Shown here: in pieces, positions 59,860-64,000 of the stretch
How the letters are laid out: each line of letters opens with the position of its first letter
Numbering within the stretch: position 1 is the first letter of the stretch
From: Octopus sinensis
Lineage: Eukaryota
Reading direction: 5' to 3'
Assembly: GCF_006345805.1 (NCBI RefSeq)
Contig: NC_043012.1
Location: 40,176,001-40,240,000, forward strand
Length of the DNA: 64,000 nt
Program-made: the position numbers and the translations under genes
Notes under the pieces: generated by a model
What the model was told of the DNA's origin: nothing
The model's input: only the letters and a program-made list of their open reading frames with translations
The model's database searches: none

Positions 59860-60190
59860 ATTTTAATGTCCATTTTCCATGCTGGTAAGAGTTGGACGAT
59901 TTGACTGAAAACTGGTAAGCTGGGGAGTTGCACCAGGTTCCAGTCTGTTTATAGCTGGATGCCCTTCCTCATGCCAACCAGTCCCAAGAGTGTAATGGAT
60001 GCTTTTTAAATGCCAGTTACAAAATACAGGCATCGGGCATGACTACGATCTCACTTGGCTTCACAGATCTTCCCAAGCACAGTATATTGCCAAAGGCCTC
60101 GGTCACTTGTCACTGCCTCTGTGAAGCCCAAAGTTCAAAGGGTGCCTTTTACATGCCACTGGCACAGGTGCCAGTTATGTGCCACTAAGC
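59860..60190 (-). mobile_element. RTE 3' UTR fragment, diverged
   Basis: TTTAATGTCCATTTTCCATGCTGG..GGATGCCCTTCC..TTTTACATGCCACTGGCAC. Confidence 0.7.
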
Positions 60191-62783
60191 GTGGTATCTG
60201 TCCAGAGATAGTATTTCTTATAAACTCAGTGTTTAAAATCAAACCACCAACCCCAGCAGCGCAGGTGACATTGCTAAATGTGAATTTCTGTGTCTTTGGG
60301 CTTTGTCAACAGCAAACCTCATGCTAAGACAAAATCTGTTGTTACTCAAACATTTGTGCTTTTTAACAGTGTAAATCAATAAGAGAAACGATCTCAGGAC
60401 AAAATACTGAAATCAATCAGGTTTTCTATGTCATACCTGCTTCAACCTGAAGCAGATTGCAATATTACTCTTCTCCATGTCTCTTCACAAGAAATAACAA
60501 AATTACTAGAACCATCATAATTTCAACCTTTTACCATTCAGATTACTCAGTCAAATGTAAGACTTTTTTTTTTTCTTTTTTCAGTTTTGAATTAAACATG
60601 ATTTAACCCATAGCTTCGTGATTCTGGTGATGTGCTTATTTTTAAATGACATTGTAGGCTGGTGTGAAAGACCAGCTCTGGCCAGATTGAACATAAAAGA
60701 AGCTGTGTTCCTTTCTCACCCTTCTGTGCAATATTTTTTAAATATTTGGGCTGGATCATCATCATCATTTAAGAGTCTGTTTCTCCATGCTGGTTGGTTC
60801 AAATGTTAAGTTTACCACCATTTTTCCATACTTGCAGAGGTCAGACAGAATTCATCAAAGCAGATTTTCTACAGCCTGATGCCCCTCCTATCGCCAAACC
60901 TAAACAGTCTCCAAACAACGGCAGCATTTTCCTCTGGCCAGACATGTTCTTCACAAAGATTGGAAACAAGCAATACCACTTGCTTGAAGGTGAGGGTTAC
61001 AACTATCACATCATGTTAAGACAAGGGTACTCACGCACGCGCGATAGGCTTCTTTCAGTTTCTGATTACCAAATCCTCTCATAGGTTTTGGCTGTCCCAG
61101 GGCTACAGTAGAAGTCATTTGCCAAAGGTGTCATGCAGTAGTGGTTGAACTCAAGATGGTTGGGAAGCAAGACTGCTTAACCACCACCACTAGAGTCTCA
61201 CCAAGTCACATTCCTCTCATCACCAACATCACACACAAACACAGATGAAAAATATTTTTTACCTCGTTCTATAGAATTGATGTTAGGTTCTTCCACTTCT
61301 ATTCAACTGTACAGATATTTTCAAAAACACACAATTATTCAACTGTACCAAAATTGTGTCAACCTTTCTTGCTGGGCATAAGCAAATATAAATAAAAAGT
61401 CACAAAAACAGTAGAAGTAATTACAAACAAAAATGAATTGACATTTAATTGATTGATGAATAAATCAGATATAATAATAATTTAAGAAAGTAGAAGTTTA
61501 TTTACAATATTTACAAACTCAGTCTTTCAGCATCCAAGATGAACACAAGAGACGGGGTGGGATGGAATTGGAAACACTTGGAGATGAATATATTTTTATG
61601 ATTATATGCAGAAAATTCTTCACTTTCTCAGACGCACCAACTGGGAAAAATATAGTGAACTTTGACCTCAGACACTTAGGCAACAGATAATAGTGACCTC
61701 TGACCATACCCAAATCTTCATGGTGACCTCTGACCATATTTAAAGTCATATAACACAAGGCTTTACAGATTATTTGTTTTAATCATTGGACTGTGGCCAC
61801 ACTGGGGCATCACTTTAAGGGTTTTAATTGAACAAATTGACACCAGTACATTTTTACCAGTCTCTTTTGCCAAACTGCTAAGTTACAGGAGTGTCAAGCA
61901 GTGAGGGAACAGAGAGACACACACACACATGGGCTTCTTCCAGTTTCCATCTGAAGGGAAGAGCGAATTTTAATGCTTTGTTCTTTCATTTCTTCCTATC
62001 CCAACGCATATGTTTTAGTGAATCAACTCAGTCAAAACTTTTACAATATGTCCAACGACAGATGTTACACTGAACAAACTGACACCTGTCCGTTTTTTAT
62101 CAGTCTCTGATAACAAGTGAAAGGTAAAATATTTCAGAAAATGTGTTTTCTGAAGGCAAGAGTAAGTTTTAATACTTATAACAAAATTGGATTTAAAGTG
62201 GTTAATTATTTCAGTATACCAAATCTGAAAATTCTGACAAACAAAATATGCCACCGGATTCCGACAAACAACAGGTCTCATGGAGCAAGTTTGATGGCAG
62301 CAAAAAAATTGATGGTCATGCAGCATCTCTCCTATTGTAGGTGACAAAAAACGTGAACGATGTTGTGTACCAGCCGTTTGCTATAGTTGGGCAGCTTCTC
62401 AAGGAAGGCACTTGTCCAAACTCAAACACAGAAACGGACAAAACAGATTTAGACAGACGGACATTGGACAACACATCAAGACCTTCGAAACGGTCATACT
62501 TTGATTCGGCATTGGAGACCAATGATGAAACTCAAAGAAGAAGACAGCAAACTGTGACGAAGGGAAAAGGAAAGAAAGCTTCATTGATTATCTAGTTGCA
62601 GATTTGGTGAGTCTCATGCTTGCTGTTTTGTTATTTCTTATATAAGGTGTGTGTATGTATTACATATATATATGACTGGCTTCCGTGCTGGTGGCACGTT
62701 AAAAGCACCAACCAATTGTGGCCACTGCCAGACTCCCCTGGTACCTGTGCCGGTGGCACGTAAAAAGCACTCACTACACTCGC

Positions 62784-64000
62784 GAGCAGCATCCAACAGC
62801 GGTGAATCTGGCTGTTCATCTTGAAAATGGCCAGCATGTGTATTTTACAGAAGATACTGCCCAAAACCCCGCAGACAGCTTTCTTCAAGCTATGCCAGAT
62901 TGACCTGTTTACAAGAACACTGCTGTATGTTGAGTTACCTGTCTACTACACCTGAGCACACAATAGAGGGAACAGGTGCAAGCAAGAACCACAAATTGAG
63001 GGCTAGGAAGGGAATCGTGTCTTCAGAACCGTGGCCATCAGGCAGATGTACACTGTGCATCTCAATCAGTAGGAGCGTATCTTTGTGTCTGCTGCTGCAC
63101 ACTGTCAGAGGTCCTACATCATTCACAAACCTGCGAAGGTACAATGAAGAGGTCAGTACGACCTACAGAGAAGCCTGTTCCAAACATGGGCGACTGGAGG
63201 ATGATAGCCACTGGCATCAGACACTGGGGGAGGCAGCAATTAGCAGAGTGCCAAGTCAACTGTGTTGAGAGACCCACAAAGAAAGCCTGGCTGAGGACAT
63301 CCTGCACAGGATTCAGAGACGGAGCTCAGCCGAAAATATCAACATCAATGATGCAATTTACAATGAGGCACTACTTGACATGGACACACAAGTCCAAGGA
63401 ATTGCCACTTTTGGCCTGATAGCAATTGAGTACATGCAGGAGATCAACTATGATACCGAACAAATGACAGCATATGTTACTGATAACAAGCAGTGACAGA
63501 TAGGGAACCAAAGGGATGCTTATAACTTGATTAAGGCGAAAGGGGAAGTCTATTTTTCCTGGATGCTCCGGGTGGAACTGACGAGGCATTTGTTATCAAC
63601 CTTCTATTTACTAAAATTCAACAAATGAAACAGATTTCCCTAACAGTGGCCTCAAGTGGAATAGCTGCCACCTGGCTAAATGGTGGCTGCACAGTCCATT
63701 TGTCATTCAGCTTCCCTTTGGACCTGTCCAAGAGAGAGAAGGCAGCCGGCAACATCAATCATGGCACAATAAAAGGTAAACTCTTGAGTGAGTGCAAGTT
63801 GATCATCTGGGATGAGGTAACAATGAGCCTAAGGGTGCCTTCAAGGCTCTTGACAGGGCACTGCAAGATCTGAGACACAACACAACTCACGAGAGGTGCA
63901 GTGGATGATCTGAACATCAAACTCCTGGATCAGCTTCCTGGTGAGCATTGCAGCTACAAGTCAGTTGACTCTGCTAAACTCCGATGAAGTTGTGAACTAT
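62784..64000 (+). mobile_element. Helitron Rep/helicase (PIF1-like) pseudogene, running off the window end
   Basis: HPTAVNLAVHLENGQHVYF, LLLHTVRGPTSF..YREAC..LEDD, FLDAPGGT (degenerate Walker A), VASSGIAATWL.GG.TVH, LIIWDEVTM, ALDRALQDLR, LPGE..YKSVD; many stops, frameshifts and deletions. Confidence 0.9.

Noticed and set aside
60640-60760. Apparent exon after TTGTAG (GWCERPALARLN..)
   Set aside because: The sequence matches the MITE at 37512-37740.

Overview
AT-rich, repeat-saturated animal genomic DNA. The dense (TA)n/(CA)n/(ATT)n/(CAT)n microsatellites and the SINE/LINE families suggest an octopus or other coleoid cephalopod; this is an inference from recalled repeat families and was not searched. 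There is no intact long protein-coding gene, rRNA, true tRNA or CRISPR. The window holds layered mobile-element remains: two CR1-clade LINE 3' fragments (one with a 404-codon RT frame and a single stop), a 5'-truncated RTE LINE whose 3' UTR is expanded into a nested higher-order tandem array, more than 12 shorter RTE 3' ends, two R4/Dong fragments, and Penelope-like GIY-YIG fragments. DNA transposons include near-full-length mariner (DD34D) and maT-like copies, a Buster/Charlie hAT, Tigger and Helitron remnants, and several MITEs. At least three tRNA-derived SINE families are present. Host-gene evidence is limited to a plausible + strand terminal exon (28689-28825), a few candidate micro-exons and one candidate - strand exon. 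The most interesting signal is a set of type I hammerhead ribozyme motifs in non-coding, Penelope pLTR/retrozyme-like elements. One has a fully intact core, a long stem II and a self-complementary stem III (35050-35119 +). A relative lies on the - strand (23657-23744), and two palindromic elements carry hammerhead remnants on both strands (about 12.1 kb and 26.3 kb). All alignments, translations and pairings were done by eye; element boundaries are approximate unless a TIR or TSD is quoted.
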